A stretch of DNA of 64,000 nucleotides from Euprymna scolopes (Eukaryota): the NCBI GenBank assembly GCA_053919585.1, contig CM132786.1; one strand, 5' to 3'. This document shows, in pieces, positions 1 to 11,975 of the stretch (position 1 is the first letter of the stretch; each line of letters starts with the position of its first letter). Below the pieces are notes generated by a model. The model saw only the letters and a program-made list of their open reading frames with translations. It ran no database searches and was not told where the DNA came from. A program made the position numbers and the translations under genes.

Positions 1-866
1 TGGATACTTGATAACACTCTTTTTTCTAATATTCAAATATATTCCTTTGCATTGATTGACTTCCAACATCTAATAAGTTCCCCAACTCCTGCTGCAGTAA
101 AAGTCCCCCGTACCGTTTTCCCTCCATTCCCGGGTTTTACTCTCATTTTTCTGCCACTTGTTGTAAATCTGTCTCCAGTTCTTCGAATGCACTGTTTGGG
201 AGACTTAGAAGCATCACTAACAAGAATAACATCCTGAGTCATCTAACCAGAACACATTCCTGAACCCGTCTGTATCTTCCTTGTAATAACACGAGAACCA
301 TCTCTTTCTATTATTGATGTTCTTCTTAGAACAAATGAATTCTTTGCACAGCTTTTAAGAGAAAATCCCATTTTTTTTCATTCGTCTAGATATTGTATAT
401 CTAAAAAGACAATTTCCAGACCTTGTTTTCAATTCTTTACTATGGTCAACTCGACTTTATTTTCGATCTTTCAAAACCGCTACTTCATGCATGCGGTCGT
501 CCGTCACAGTGTTCTAGGCAATCAAATCCAGATTTCCCTTTTACAAGCGTTCGACTTTGAACATTTCCCCGATTCGCTTCAGTACAGAAAGAGATGTTTT
601 CACATTTTCTATTTTTAAAATATCAAAAATCTGCTTCTAAGTCATCTAGGACTGCCTTCATCCTGCAATTCGGTTTTTATATCCTTGCCAAGATGCGGTC
701 TGAATATTTTCATGATTAATTTTTCCACTTATTATTACATGCTATAATGCCTATAATCTGCACAATATAAATTTCTAGTTGAAATTAACAAAATTCATGC
801 AAAAATATTCAAAAATCGATGTCTTCCTTCTTTTACTCTTGGTTCACTTTTTGCGCCTGCATTATA
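1..866 (-). mobile_element. Decayed Tc1-like DNA transposon (5' TIR plus N-terminal and central transposase), running off the window start
   Basis: Minus-strand translation across frameshifts gives TISRRMKKMGFSLKSCAK, FRNVFWLDDS (Tc1 W..V.WSDESK) and VKPGNGGKTVRGTFTAAGVGELIRCWKSINAKEYI (Tc1 VKHGGGSVMVWGCF..GVG.L..I.G.MN...Y). Possible ATG near 713; TIR-like end near 866. Confidence 0.8.
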
Positions 867-882
867 CATCTATATATAACAA

Positions 883-993
883 TACACCATGATGAAAAAA
901 AATGAGACAAGAGTGAAAGAGGGAAGAACTCGATTTTTGTATATTTTTCCATGAATTTTGTTAATTTTGACTAAACATTTCTATTTTGCAGAT
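883..993 (+). mobile_element. Terminal repeat of a second related Tc1/MITE copy, inverted relative to the first and running into a gap
   Basis: The reverse complement of ~895-973 aligns with ~775-853 (aaattaacaaaattcatg-aaaaatat-caaaaatcga..tcttcc.tcttt.actcttg). Confidence 0.55.
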
Positions 994-1133
994 NNNNNNN
1001 NNNNNNNNNNNNNNNNNNNNNNNNNNNNNNNNNNNNNNNNNNNNNNNNNNNNNNNNNNNNNNNNNNNNNNNNNNNNNNNNNNNNNNNNNNNNNNNNNNNN
1101 NNNNNNNNNNNNNNNNNNNNNNNNNNNNNNNNN
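994..1133. other. Assembly gap (first of ten: 994-1133, 8937-9106, 18669-18848, 33880-34015, 35410-35582, 40219-40443, 42157-42291, 44211-44355, 56609-56752, 58664-58804)
   Basis: Runs of N, several near microsatellites or repeats. Confidence 0.9.
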
Positions 1134-1345
1134 TTGTACAGAAATTAATCCAAACCGTACCGAAAATCGAACAAAATAACTTCTTTAAAAAAGAATGTTT
1201 TTTTTCTCTAAAAGATTAACACAATCTCTAAGTAATTCTCTACATAATTTAGACTGAGGAATATTTCCTGTAACGCCGACCAAAAAAAAAGAATAGAATC
1301 TCAGCAAATCATTTATTCGAAATAAAAACATATTTATTATAAGCT

Positions 1346-1417
1346 AGGAATATAACTTAGTGGTAGATCATGGGACTACAGTTCGGATGACTCCCTGTTC
1401 GAACGCTGCTGTACTTT
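1346..1417 (+). pseudogene. Decayed tRNA-Cys(GCA)-like sequence (tRNA pseudogene or tRNA-derived SINE head)
   Basis: 72 nt, gap-free collinear with the metazoan tRNA-Cys layout as recalled: A box TAACTTAGTGGTAGA, anticodon arm GACTACAG (GCA changed to ACA), B box TGTTCGAAC, trailing T-run. The stems are disrupted. Confidence 0.7.
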
Positions 1418-2189
1418 TTATGTTTTCCTCTTTTTAAGTTGTTAAATTTTCCACAAATAATTGCTCCGTTGGCATATTTAAAATCTTAACAGTAATTGGA
1501 TATGAATATAATATATTATCATTGCAATTAGAAAATATTCAATCGTTTGAATATATATGTATATATACATATACACATATATATATACATATATATATGT
1601 GTGCATGTATATATATATGTATATATATATATATATGTAATCGTTTTCATTATAAAAGAAATCAATTGTTTATAAAAAATACATTGTAATAATTTAGAAA
1701 GCGATGAAAACATCTCATACATTGTAAACTATTGTGCATTTATCTGGGTCATCACAAGCAACATGCATGTTTCGAAATTCCTTGCAGCACAAACGTATTT
1801 TTACTTCACTCTTTTTATGTATACATCTTTTTACGTATTCAGAATTTATTTCGATATATTTCATAGGAAAATTCGGTTATTACTTTCCAATGCACATAAA
1901 CTAATCATGGGAGACGTGACAAACCGTCATTGCAATATATCGGCTCTTTCCGGCATTTAATAAATTACTGTCCAAAACTATAAGACAATGATACAGTTTA
2001 GTTGCAATTGCAAGAATACACTTGATATACTTATAATATCTCTAATAGTGGGACCCGTTAGAAATTCTATATAGGGCTCATTCATATGTAATATATTGAT
2101 GCTGGCATTCTGTTGATATGGAGCGTTAAAGAAGATGGTATGTTTTTATTCCATCTCTTTTTTACAAACTGCAAAATATTTATCTAAAC

Positions 2190-2219
2190 TAGCAAGGACG
2201 CACGGCGTAGCTCGCTAGT
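2190..2219 (+). mobile_element. Possible Helitron 3' terminus
   Basis: GC-rich degenerate hairpin (ggacgcacggcg) shortly before GCTAG|T. Confidence 0.3.
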
Positions 2220-2224
2220 AAAGT

Positions 2225-2880
2225 AAGCTTTTTTTTAAATTGCATTTACATCCTATGGCATAACCAATAGGTGTACTAGGTGGGGAGTTTGCCAGGAATA
2301 TGTCAGTTCACGGTTCACTTGAACTTCTGCATGTTAGTACAGTTGTCGAAGCAGGAACCCGGAAGGGAATTCCAAAATCTAGAGGTTCTGGGGAGGAAAC
2401 TACTGGAGTAGAAGGCTTTCTTACTTCTTGTGATCTCTATTGTATACAGCTTGTCCGGTTTGTTGAGCGTATGTAGGTCAAGGGGATACAAGTGCTTGCA
2501 GTTCGTCGGAGCAATCACCGGTAAAGTACTTGTTGAACAGGCACAGGGACTACATTTCGTCGATTGGACAGAGGCTGCAGCTTAGATGACAGTTCAGTAT
2601 CTATCCGGTATGACAACAATACTCCATACATGGGCGAATGGTGGTCTTATAGTGGTACAGGATACTTTCGGGCGTTATTAGCTTTCTAGCATGGTAGAGA
2701 GAATCTACCTTCTTCGCAGCGGTCCTGGCAATACTCTCAATTTAATTACCGTAACTCATGTTTCCTGTGAACGTTAGGCTGATGAGTTTAAAAATGCACT
2801 TTTAGATAATGAGCCTTGGCTATTGCTATTGGTGGTATTGAAGTGTTCTTGTTATTATTGAAGGCAACACGTTTAGTCTT
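2225..2880 (-). mobile_element. CR1/L2-type LINE 3' fragment (C-terminal ORF2 plus tail)
   Basis: Translates to LYHYKTTIRPCMEYCCH and YSSSFLPRTSRFWNSLPGSCF...FK; frameshifted. Confidence 0.8.
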
Positions 2881-3310
2881 GACAGCATTGAATGTCGCCA
2901 TTTTTGTCCCCATCCCAGGCGAAATAATAGAAAATTATTCTCAAAGGGCTGGCTACAACACCTAGAATGATGGAAATACAACAAAACAACAATACTGGAA
3001 CATAATTGTTGTGTACCTTTCGAAGGACAGAAACCATTCCAAAAGAAGGAAAAACGAGGAACACATATAACGCAGGATCTTAAAATGCAGAAAAAGGAAC
3101 ATAATTATGGCAGGAAAGCGTATGAAGAACTTTGCAAGCACGAATAATAGAATGCTAAGAATGTACAAAATACCAGATAAGATAATCAAACTGACTGAAA
3201 TCCAATAAAGCTTGAATTAGCAGATGGATAATACCTAACAGATTAAAATACCAGGGAGTATATTCCAAGATAACTATCACCACATAACCTGCGTCTTATC
3301 TAGGTCGCCA
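2881..3310 (+). mobile_element. Non-LTR RT fragment, R4/Dong/NeSL-like
   Basis: MLRMYKIPDKIIKL and IKIPGSIFQD(NLSP), resembling I.I.RGIFQGDSLSP; heavily decayed. Confidence 0.5.
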
Positions 3311-3399
3311 TTTTCATAATTTCACATTATCATTTTCTTCCTTTTAACAATCTAGAATATTCGAACCTTTGATCAACACGTTCTCGCTCTACCAAATAA

Positions 3400-5470
3400 T
3401 TTATGCCTAACTAGCATGGTTTAGTATTGCCCTTTGCGGGTCCTACCTTCGAGGACATTGGCCCACGTCTAGAGATTGCTTCTCGGAGCCACATACCGTG
3501 TTTTAGGGGTTAGATTATGATATCCCTAAATGTTCTAGCATCTCTCACAAATGTTCAGAGCTTATGACACTTGTTGCTTAGGTGTCCTTACTCCAGGGCG
3601 TTTAACTACATCCTTACATGGTCAGCTCTCACAACTCTGGAGTGTTAAGTCGGCGTTAGCTCGATCAACGGCTGTAACTCGAGAGCGCATGTTTCTGAGA
3701 CAATGGTTTCTCTTTGTATACTTTCGGCTCTACTTTATCGGCGACCTTTCGACATTTCTTCATGCAAGACTTGTAGTGGGGCAATTATGTTAACACTCTC
3801 TCAACTTTTCATACCCAGAAACCCAGCACTTTTCGTCAACGAGAACCCCCTGTGTGTGTAGTATTATATATCGAGAGCCTCTTCTGATCTACTAGGAACA
3901 GCGTTTCTCGCCCCTTTCTGAAATGCTTTATTTTTAGTTTAATGACATCTTCATTGGATACGTCAATCCCTACCTTACTGGAAACGTGCCCTGTGGTTTC
4001 ATGCAGGGTTTCTAAAATAATACTTGTTCTCTGGATAGTTCTGCCACTACTTTATCGGAAACATTTTGACATTTCTTTGGATACTTCCATGTCTTCCCTA
4101 CATGAGACATTTCGGCATTTATTTGGATAGTCTAATCGCTTCCGTGCAACATACGTCTCGTATTGCTTAATACAAAATTTGTAATAGGCAAATTATAGTA
4201 TTTACATCCGATCTATTTTTCATAACCTCAAGCTTCGTACTATCAATCAATGAGGATTCTCCAAGCTTGACGCCAACCTTATTTGCATGGATCAATTTTC
4301 TCTGCTCATTTTTTAAAATCTTTTCGATGAAGTTTAATTAATCTGTCTTCTGAAGCTACCACGCAAAACAGAGCTCGTAAGGTCTTACCTATAATAGTAA
4401 TCACCACACTCCCAGGTCTGTTTTTCAACCCTTGAATCCTCCCTTGATAATTTCGTTGTTCTGGCCACCGGTGTTAAAATAAACGTAACTCATCATCCAA
4501 GGGCTTTAGTATGCGGGCACATTCCTCTACATACTAATAACTAATAGTTAGATACTTTCTAGCCTTATCGAAAGTATCGTTTTCTCTCTGGATACTCGCA
4601 TAGCAATTTTCCCACGTTTCTAAATCACTCACGAAGGTCACTAACTGGTTTGACAGCGTGCTTATCACTTCACTTAAACTTCCGTGGCTCTTATTATACA
4701 CACACAATTCAATAGGTGCACTAACATGACATAATTCATAGCGTAATGATATAAAGAAATTCCTCCTGTAGTTGCAGTAGTTAATTTTCGTTCCATAATA
4801 TAACAGTCACTTTAATTCCCCCATAAACTTGTTTATGCCATTTAAAGACTTCAAGAGCAACCAACAAGTTATTGATGCATTTTTACCTAACGGCGAGCAA
4901 AGTAATGTAGTACTCTGTAATCCGGTGACGGAAGGGGGTTCAACACTTCGTGTCTCTGTCAAGATATAGCTGCATATCGCGCCATGCAACAACCCACGCC
5001 ATATCAGGCACTACTCATTTGTTTCACCCATATTAGATTTTCCTATATTTATAATTTCTTCGTTTATTTCGAAGATACTCGGAATACAACAATAATCGAC
5101 AGCAGAAACATCCAGATCGCACTAGCCAATCCCACACTGCCGGCGGCATCATCAGAATTTTTTGTACGACCCCAATCAACACGGCCGATGCAAGCGAACT
5201 GTTCAACTCCACGCCCTACACTGTTGTCCACCGCTCTGCTCGTATGCCTTATGCTTATCATTAAGAATTTGCTATCCATTCAAAGTTCGAAATTCTTATT
5301 ACATAATTGTTCTTAAAAATGCTAAACTTCAAGAAACCGTCCACTCATTAATCCGAGTAAAGTAACAAAAACAAATTGTCGTAATCCAGGCTACGCCATT
5401 CCTCCCTGTTTCGACTTTCTGACAACCATTCCACTTGCAAGTCGTCGCACTGTTCTGTTTACGTGGTCGA
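3400..5470 (-). mobile_element. Probable decayed Gypsy-type gag/internal region
   Basis: Coding-like composition with many stops. NFEWIANS...IRAERWTTV.GVEL near 5200-5295 resembles the FERIA...W...W...L segment of SCAN-type Gypsy gag. Family assignment is weak. Confidence 0.3.
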
Positions 5471-6139
5471 AAAAAAATCGCCTGAGCTGTTCGATGTAAG
5501 CAACGTATTCATTTCTATTAATTTTAACTATCTGTTGTGTTTTCCCCACATTATTTTCTCTCTATTTTAAACATATACATTACATTACTGTATGTATTAT
5601 TACGTTTTTTAAATAAACTGTCTGAAAAATCTCTTATGTTTCCTTATCTTTTCTATGGTTTAATGCCTCTGCTGTGTAACATTCAATTATCATCAGTACA
5701 GCCGGTTTAACTTCTCCGAATAATCGGTTAATTGATGTATTTTTCTATCCTTAAATCGCTGTCTTTTGCTGTTATTTATTTCTTTTGAATTATCTCTGCG
5801 AGAGCACATTCATAGGTGACATAATTCAAAATCCCATCCGCACTGGAGGTTTCAAATTCAAACAATATTCTGAGCATATCTCCCGTTGATAACAACTCAA
5901 GCGGCTTCCTGAGTATAAAAAAAAACATTTTAAAAAGTGAAGGATTTTTCCTTCTCTGTATGCACAAGAAACATCAGAACAATCTCCGTACCGACGGTTT
6001 CCATCTTTCCAAAGATCCGTGCGAATGATATATACTTCTACATCATTACGTAAAGTTTCTTTTCTCAACTCCTTATTTTTTAGTTCAAAAATATTTCTAT
6101 TCCTCTGTTTAAAGGCTTGAGCATTCTCTTGGTCATTTT

Positions 6140-6530
6140 TTTACAGTTTAATTTTCGAGAGTACCAGTTAAAATGTGTTATAATACTATCTAACATTCCC
6201 TTCAGTTTTTGACTCAAAAGTGTCAGTTGAAATCCTTTCAATTTACTGTCACCTTTTAATTTACAGTTACTTGTCTATTTAAATTCCCAGAAGTATCAGT
6301 TTAATTGGTTTAACATTCATTTCAACAATAGTTTTGATTCCATTTTCAAAGTATCACTTAAAATACTTCCAAATATTTTTTTCAATTTTAATTCTCAACA
6401 TATCAGTTTAAGCGTTGCCAAATTGCTTCAAAATTATGTTCAGTTTAATTTTCAACGTTCAAGTTAAAATGTTTTAAATAATTTGCAATTTTATTCTCAA
6501 CGTATCAGTGTAAATTTTCCAAATAAATTT
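6140..6530. repeat. Loose tandem repeat, about 7 copies of a 45-70 bp unit (ttcagtttaattctcaaaagtatcagttaaaat)
   Basis: Recurrent (g)tatcagtt motif at about 6163, 6222, 6294, 6352, 6401, 6460 and 6503. Confidence 0.6.
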
Positions 6531-6629
6531 TATTGCGACGATCATCGGCATCATCATCATTACTGCATCATCCTCTATTCATTGAAATTTTGTGCTAAAA
6601 ATTTCAACTAAGAAAAACAATGATTTTAT

Positions 6630-7300
6630 TCGTTATACCCGACTAATACAATTCAGCAATTGAAATGCATCAAGCATACTTCACTTCAAAATACAATTCG
6701 TGTAAATCGATCGTTTAACCAAGCGTTAATTATTATTCACATTAAATCTCAATTCGTGTCAATCGATCGTTAAACAAATCGTATAATTATTATTCACCTG
6801 TGAACCAATCGTTTTATAAAGCGTTTACTTATCTTCAGCTGAAAACACAATACTTTCTAAACCGATCGTCTAACAAAGAGTTAAACATTGCTCACTTTAA
6901 AACACAAATCGTCTAAACCGATCGTTTAACAAAATGTTAATTGTTACACATCTTAAAATACAAGTAACGTCAATCGATTATTTAACAAAACGTTAAATAT
7001 TCTTCAAATAAAAGACATTTCGTGTCAAGCGATCGTTTTACAATCTGTTAAATATTTTTCAGATTAAAACACAATTAGCGTCTACCGATCGATAACCACA
7101 ACTTATCTATCATTCCACTTAAAACGCAATTTTTGTAATCCGATGGTCTTACAGAGTGGAGATTATTATTCACATTTAAACCCAATTCGCGTCAATCGAT
7201 CGTTTTATAAAGGGTTAATTATTATTCAACTTAAAACATAATCTGTTTTGCTGATTGTTTAAAAAAAAGCGTTAACTATTCTTCAACTAAAAACATAATT
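6630..7300. repeat. Minisatellite, about 11-12 copies of a 56-bp unit
   Basis: Consensus ttaaaacacaattcgtgtcaatcgatcgtttaacaaagcgttaattattattcac. The CGATCG core or a variant recurs at 6708, 6764, 6863, 6919, 6975, 7030, 7086, 7141 and 7197 (55-56 bp spacing, one shortened unit). Confidence 0.9.
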
Positions 7301-9106
7301 AGCCTTCAAGAGTCCTCGCTGCTGACCAGAAAAATTACATCAAGTCAAAGAGAAAATTAAATTACTCGACCGAGTGGCGGGACATCATCTACAAAGATCA
7401 AAATCATGCGTTACTAACGCTGACTGTGTTCTTCTGCAGATGCAATCTGATAGAACATCTGTGTGACAGTAACCAAGGATCCCCAAATGTTCGGGATCGT
7501 CTTAAGAATGTAAGAACACGCAATCTGTCGTGACAGTGACAGTCAATAAATGTGAACAAGTAACATATAGTTCTCAACGCAGGGTGTATCATTTTTCTGG
7601 CAACCAATATATCATAGATGAAGACCGTAATATTTACCGTTGTTGTTCTAGCTCGTTCCTATTTCGGAAAACCTAATAAAGTTCAATGTTGTAGAATTAG
7701 TCGGGTCTACGATGACGTAGTTGATGCAAGACTCCTTTTCATTTCTGAATCAACAGTGGGTCGAAGATAAAGAACAAAAAAAAAATTAACAAAACAAAAT
7801 AAAAAAAAACAAAGTTTACAACTCAGCGTCTCCTGGGAATACACTCGTCACGAGACATAATCACGGGCGATGGATTAGCCAACCTCTCTCCCCTGCTTGT
7901 TATTTTCTGAAAAAAAAAATACTTCAACTTAAGGTGATTCATTTCCGAAAAAATCGTGAATTCTGTCCACAACAAATAACTGACTCAGTACGCAATCTTG
8001 GCTTTGCGTGTGCAAGGATTAATTAGTAAGAAAGTTCTTAATACACGGAGCATATGTTATTTTCACAGTTATAGGCATTATAAAAGAAATAATATATGCA
8101 ATGTTTTTTTCAAGCAATAGTCTGATTCGACATACACTTAATGGGATCTTTTTCGACAACCGATTGCATATTCTCTCTTTAACGGACCGGCAGTGAACAT
8201 GGGGGTGTAAGGCGGGCGGATTGGAACAACTCTATTTTCAACTCCAACTGGAGTTTTCTATTCTCGACTCGCTAACAACCGATCTTCCTTTCCTTTATTG
8301 GAAGGGAGCAGTTTTCTGGTTGCGGATCATTATTTCTCATCCAGTAAATCTCTCTCCATTACGTTTAATTCTGAGACGCCCTGATTTGCAAATTGACCAA
8401 ACTACTAGCGCTTATAAATTAAATGAATTCCACAACACTATAAAATGTTTCAACACTAGTTTTGCACGCGGCGAAATCCAGACAGCCTTGATCTTTAGGT
8501 CACATTTAAGACAACACGTTACTATTTTACACTGCGTAACGATTTACGTCAGAAAACACTATTATCACTAAGGTTGTTTTTTTTTATTATCAGACACTTC
8601 TGAGGTGATTTTTCCGCTTGCGTTTTCCGCCACGAATAGAACAGTTAAGCCAACATGGTTGCCGACTGCTGTCCCGATTTTTTTTACATAATAAAAGTCT
8701 TCAATTAAATAGTAATACATCGGTTGTTGAGCAAATATCTACCATCACATGTTGGATCACAGTGATGAGAATCATCACATACGGAATCGGACAGATACAA
8801 AATTTTAAAAAGATATCAACCAGAGACAATGTTTAATAGAAATAAAGTACCTTTCGATATGAAAATTGATATTATCCGAACACAGAATGAAACAATTTGA
8901 TATAAGATTCGAAAAAAATGATATTGCTTCAATGTCNNNNNNNNNNNNNNNNNNNNNNNNNNNNNNNNNNNNNNNNNNNNNNNNNNNNNNNNNNNNNNNN
9001 NNNNNNNNNNNNNNNNNNNNNNNNNNNNNNNNNNNNNNNNNNNNNNNNNNNNNNNNNNNNNNNNNNNNNNNNNNNNNNNNNNNNNNNNNNNNNNNNNNNN
9101 NNNNNN

Positions 9107-9866
9107 CGACAGACAGAACAAAAATTCACAAATTTGATCTCCTATGAATGTCCCATCCTTCGGCCGAAAATTAACGAAAAATTGGCCAAAAACATTAATT
9201 TTTAACCCTGAAATCAGCACTTTACTATAGATCAGTTCTACGCATGCGGAAGACGACGTCATCACCTGATTTAGTTTAAAGAACTGAGAGAATTTGATGT
9301 ACGTCGTGAAAGGTCAGTTAGTTAGAACGTTGGGGCATTATCTAAACGTTTTGGGTTCTAATCGTCGTGTGATATTTCTTCATTTTTCTCGATTTTTTAA
9401 ATATTAATATTGAAGCTGGGTTATTTAAGCCAATTTTCACGTAACGTCCTTTTTTTTTACTTCTATAATTCTTAGGTTTTCATAAACACCCCAACCCTCG
9501 ACCGACCACACACACACAAAAACATCCGGGTACCCACCGATTAAAAAAAAAATTAATATCGAAACCGGCTTATTTAAGCAATTTTTCACGTTTTTTTTTT
9601 GTTTTATTTCGCAGATTTTTGTAAAGCAGTTCGTTTTTCTGTTTTCTTTTTTGTTTTTGTTTTTTTCAATTTTTACATTTAACATCGTTCGTTTGCCTTA
9701 CGTTTTTGTCTGTTTTTTTTCGATGTTTTGATTACCCCCACCGCTTTATTTTTCAGATAAGTTTTAACGTTCCTTTTTCTATTTTCTGTTTTACTTCGCT
9801 TATTCTTATGTTTTGATATACCCTCCACCCCCGCCCGAGCACAGATACCTCAAAACACCCCGGCAA
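9107..9866 (+). mobile_element. Non-autonomous Helitron family A, copy 1 (5' end in gap, 3' end truncated)
   Basis: Collinear with 9930-10550 (aaaaattggccaaaaacattaattt, ttctacgcatgcg, cattatctaaa). Ends at the partial hairpin cacccggcaa. Confidence 0.75.
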
Positions 9867-10563
9867 GCGAAAATGTGTGTTTATATGAATGCATGTGTGT
9901 TTGTATGTCTCGCAAAATGTTTTAACAAGGGTCACGGATTTTCACGAAATTGGTCTCATTTACAAGTTCCAACCTTCCTCCGACAAATATCGAAAAATTG
10001 GCCAAAAACATTAATTTCTTCACCCTAAAATCATCAGTTTTCTATTGTGATGGGTCAGCAAAAACCGTCCTTTCACGACAAGTGCTCTTCTACGCATGCG
10101 CAAATGACATCAGAACATGATTTACTATAAATATTAAAAAAAACGATCCAATTTCGTCGACGTCGTCTTAGCTCTGTTGCTTAAAGGGCGGCCTCATTAT
10201 CTAAAGGTTTTTAGTTTGAATAATGGTGTGAAATGTCTTTGTTTTTTTTCGATTTTTTAAATTTTAATATTGAAACAGTGTTATTTAAGCCAGTGTTCTT
10301 TTTTGGTTTTTATTTATCAGATTTTTTAAAGAAGTTTTAACGTTCGTTTTTGTCTTTTTTTTTCCATCACATTCGGGTTGTCTACTTTTGTTTTTCCGAT
10401 TTTTACATTTAACATCATTCGTTTGCTTTACTTTAGTTTTTTTGGGTGTTTTCTTCGATTTTTTTAATATTTGAAAATATTTACTTCGCTTATGCTTATG
10501 TTTTGATAACCCCCCGAGCACACCCACCTCTAATCACCTGGGCAACGCCGGGCACTCCCGCTA

Positions 10564-10564
<1 letters not shown>
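9867..10564 (+). mobile_element. Non-autonomous Helitron family A, copy 2
   Basis: 5' tgtgtgtttgtatgtctcg motif; subterminal hairpin CCTGGGCAACGCCGGG; CTAG terminus at 10561-10564. Confidence 0.85.
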
Positions 10565-10632
<68 letters not shown>

Positions 10633-11604
10633 GCAAATGCGCGCGCATTTTTGTATGTCTCGAAAAGGCTTGTTTCGCCGAGGGTCCCGGGGGGAGTTAC
10701 TATCGTTTAGAACTGTTTATATACCCCTAGATAATAATAACTCGTATTTGTGAACGAGGGTCGCTTCTAGATTCATTTAGGTCGATTTTTACAAAATTAT
10801 TCCTATTTCAGCCCGTCTTGTGTTCGTTCAGCTTTGTTTGTATAAAACCGAAACTTATTCGAATTCGAAGTGTAGTTCCCGGCAACCGCACCGGGAACGT
10901 CCAGAAGCTATCAACTTTGAGCAATGTGGCGCCAAACACCTTATATCAGGGAATTGCTATTCAATCTGGACAATGGGGACCTGATTTCCCCCTACTCAAC
11001 ATCTTGTAGAAACAACCAGCCAAAGTTGGGTAAACAAACCCAAAAACTATCTCGCAGCAAAAGTTAATTTCTCTACTTCTATTTGACCTCATTAATAGAG
11101 CAGCAGATTTAACTTTTATTGCAGACACGTGTTAATATTGTGTTAAATACTTTCCAGCCACTCTGTATTGCTTTTTTGCACACTTTATCTAAAGGTTGTG
11201 AGTTTAAATTCTTGTGTAAGATGTCTGTCTTTTTTTTTATTTTTGATGGTTTAATATTGAAACAGGGTTATTTAAGCTAATTTGTACGTTCTATGGTCTT
11301 GTTTTTTTATTTTTCAGATTTTTTAGATAAGTTATAAAGTTCGTTTTTCTGTTTTTTTCCATCACATTCGCGTTTTCTTTTTTTGTTTTTGTTTTTCCGA
11401 TTTTAAGAATTTTTAACATCGTTCGTTTGCCTTCCGCTAGTTTTGTTTTGTTTTAAAAAAATTCCTTTTAGTTTTAACATTTTTCATAATATTTAAACAG
11501 GGTGATTACGTAGCTTATTCTTTTGTTTTGATTTACCCCAACCCCCCGCCCGATCCACACACACACCTCTAAACTCCTGGGCAACGCCGGGTACCCCCCA
11601 CTAG
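10565..11604 (+). mobile_element. Non-autonomous Helitron family A, copy 3, with a different internal segment
   Basis: Starts TC(TA)n..ttgtatgtctcg and ends CCTGGGCAACGCCGGG...CTAG|T at 11601-11605. The 3' 440 bp match copy 2. Confidence 0.85.
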
Positions 11605-11685
11605 TTGTTAATAGTTCTCGACCTGTCAAGCGGCAATAAACTAATAGAACCATAGTGATCAAATAAGATAGTGTTATGTTTGACG

Positions 11686-11975
11686 TTCATCTTCGTCGCC
11701 AACTGTTATCTTGCAGGTTAAACCAAATAACGTATAAGGCAATATAAATGAAGCTTCAACAAACAAAGGTAGATCAATAAGAAGTGTATTAGAAAAGGTA
11801 TATTCACAGTATATTTACATAATCGGTGTCAGGTAAGAGAGTCTTGGCTGGAGAACATATCTGCTCTCGGCTCGGCCTTTGGTGGCTTCTGCTTAATACA
11901 CACTCAGACTAACCGAGCCTTGCTATTTATGTGTAATATTATCCACATATGTAAATGAGTGGGACCACAACAACA
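11686..11975 (-). mobile_element. 5' LTR (~270 bp) plus primer-binding site of an LTR retrotransposon
   Basis: Minus strand reads TGTTG...ATAACA (11975/11972 to 11704), then GT, then TGGCGACGAAGATG, which is close to the complement of the metazoan tRNA-Ser(GCU) 3' end (TGGCGACGAGGATGG). Confidence 0.7.

Noticed and set aside
994-1133. N-runs as masked exons (this one is flanked by ttgcag|at and tt|gtacag)
   Set aside because: The other nine gaps lack such flanks and several lie near repeats, so they are treated as assembly gaps.
8200-8530. Polypurine tract plus LTR start (ggggg|TGTAAG)
   Set aside because: There is no matching second LTR, clear 3' end or PBS to support it.
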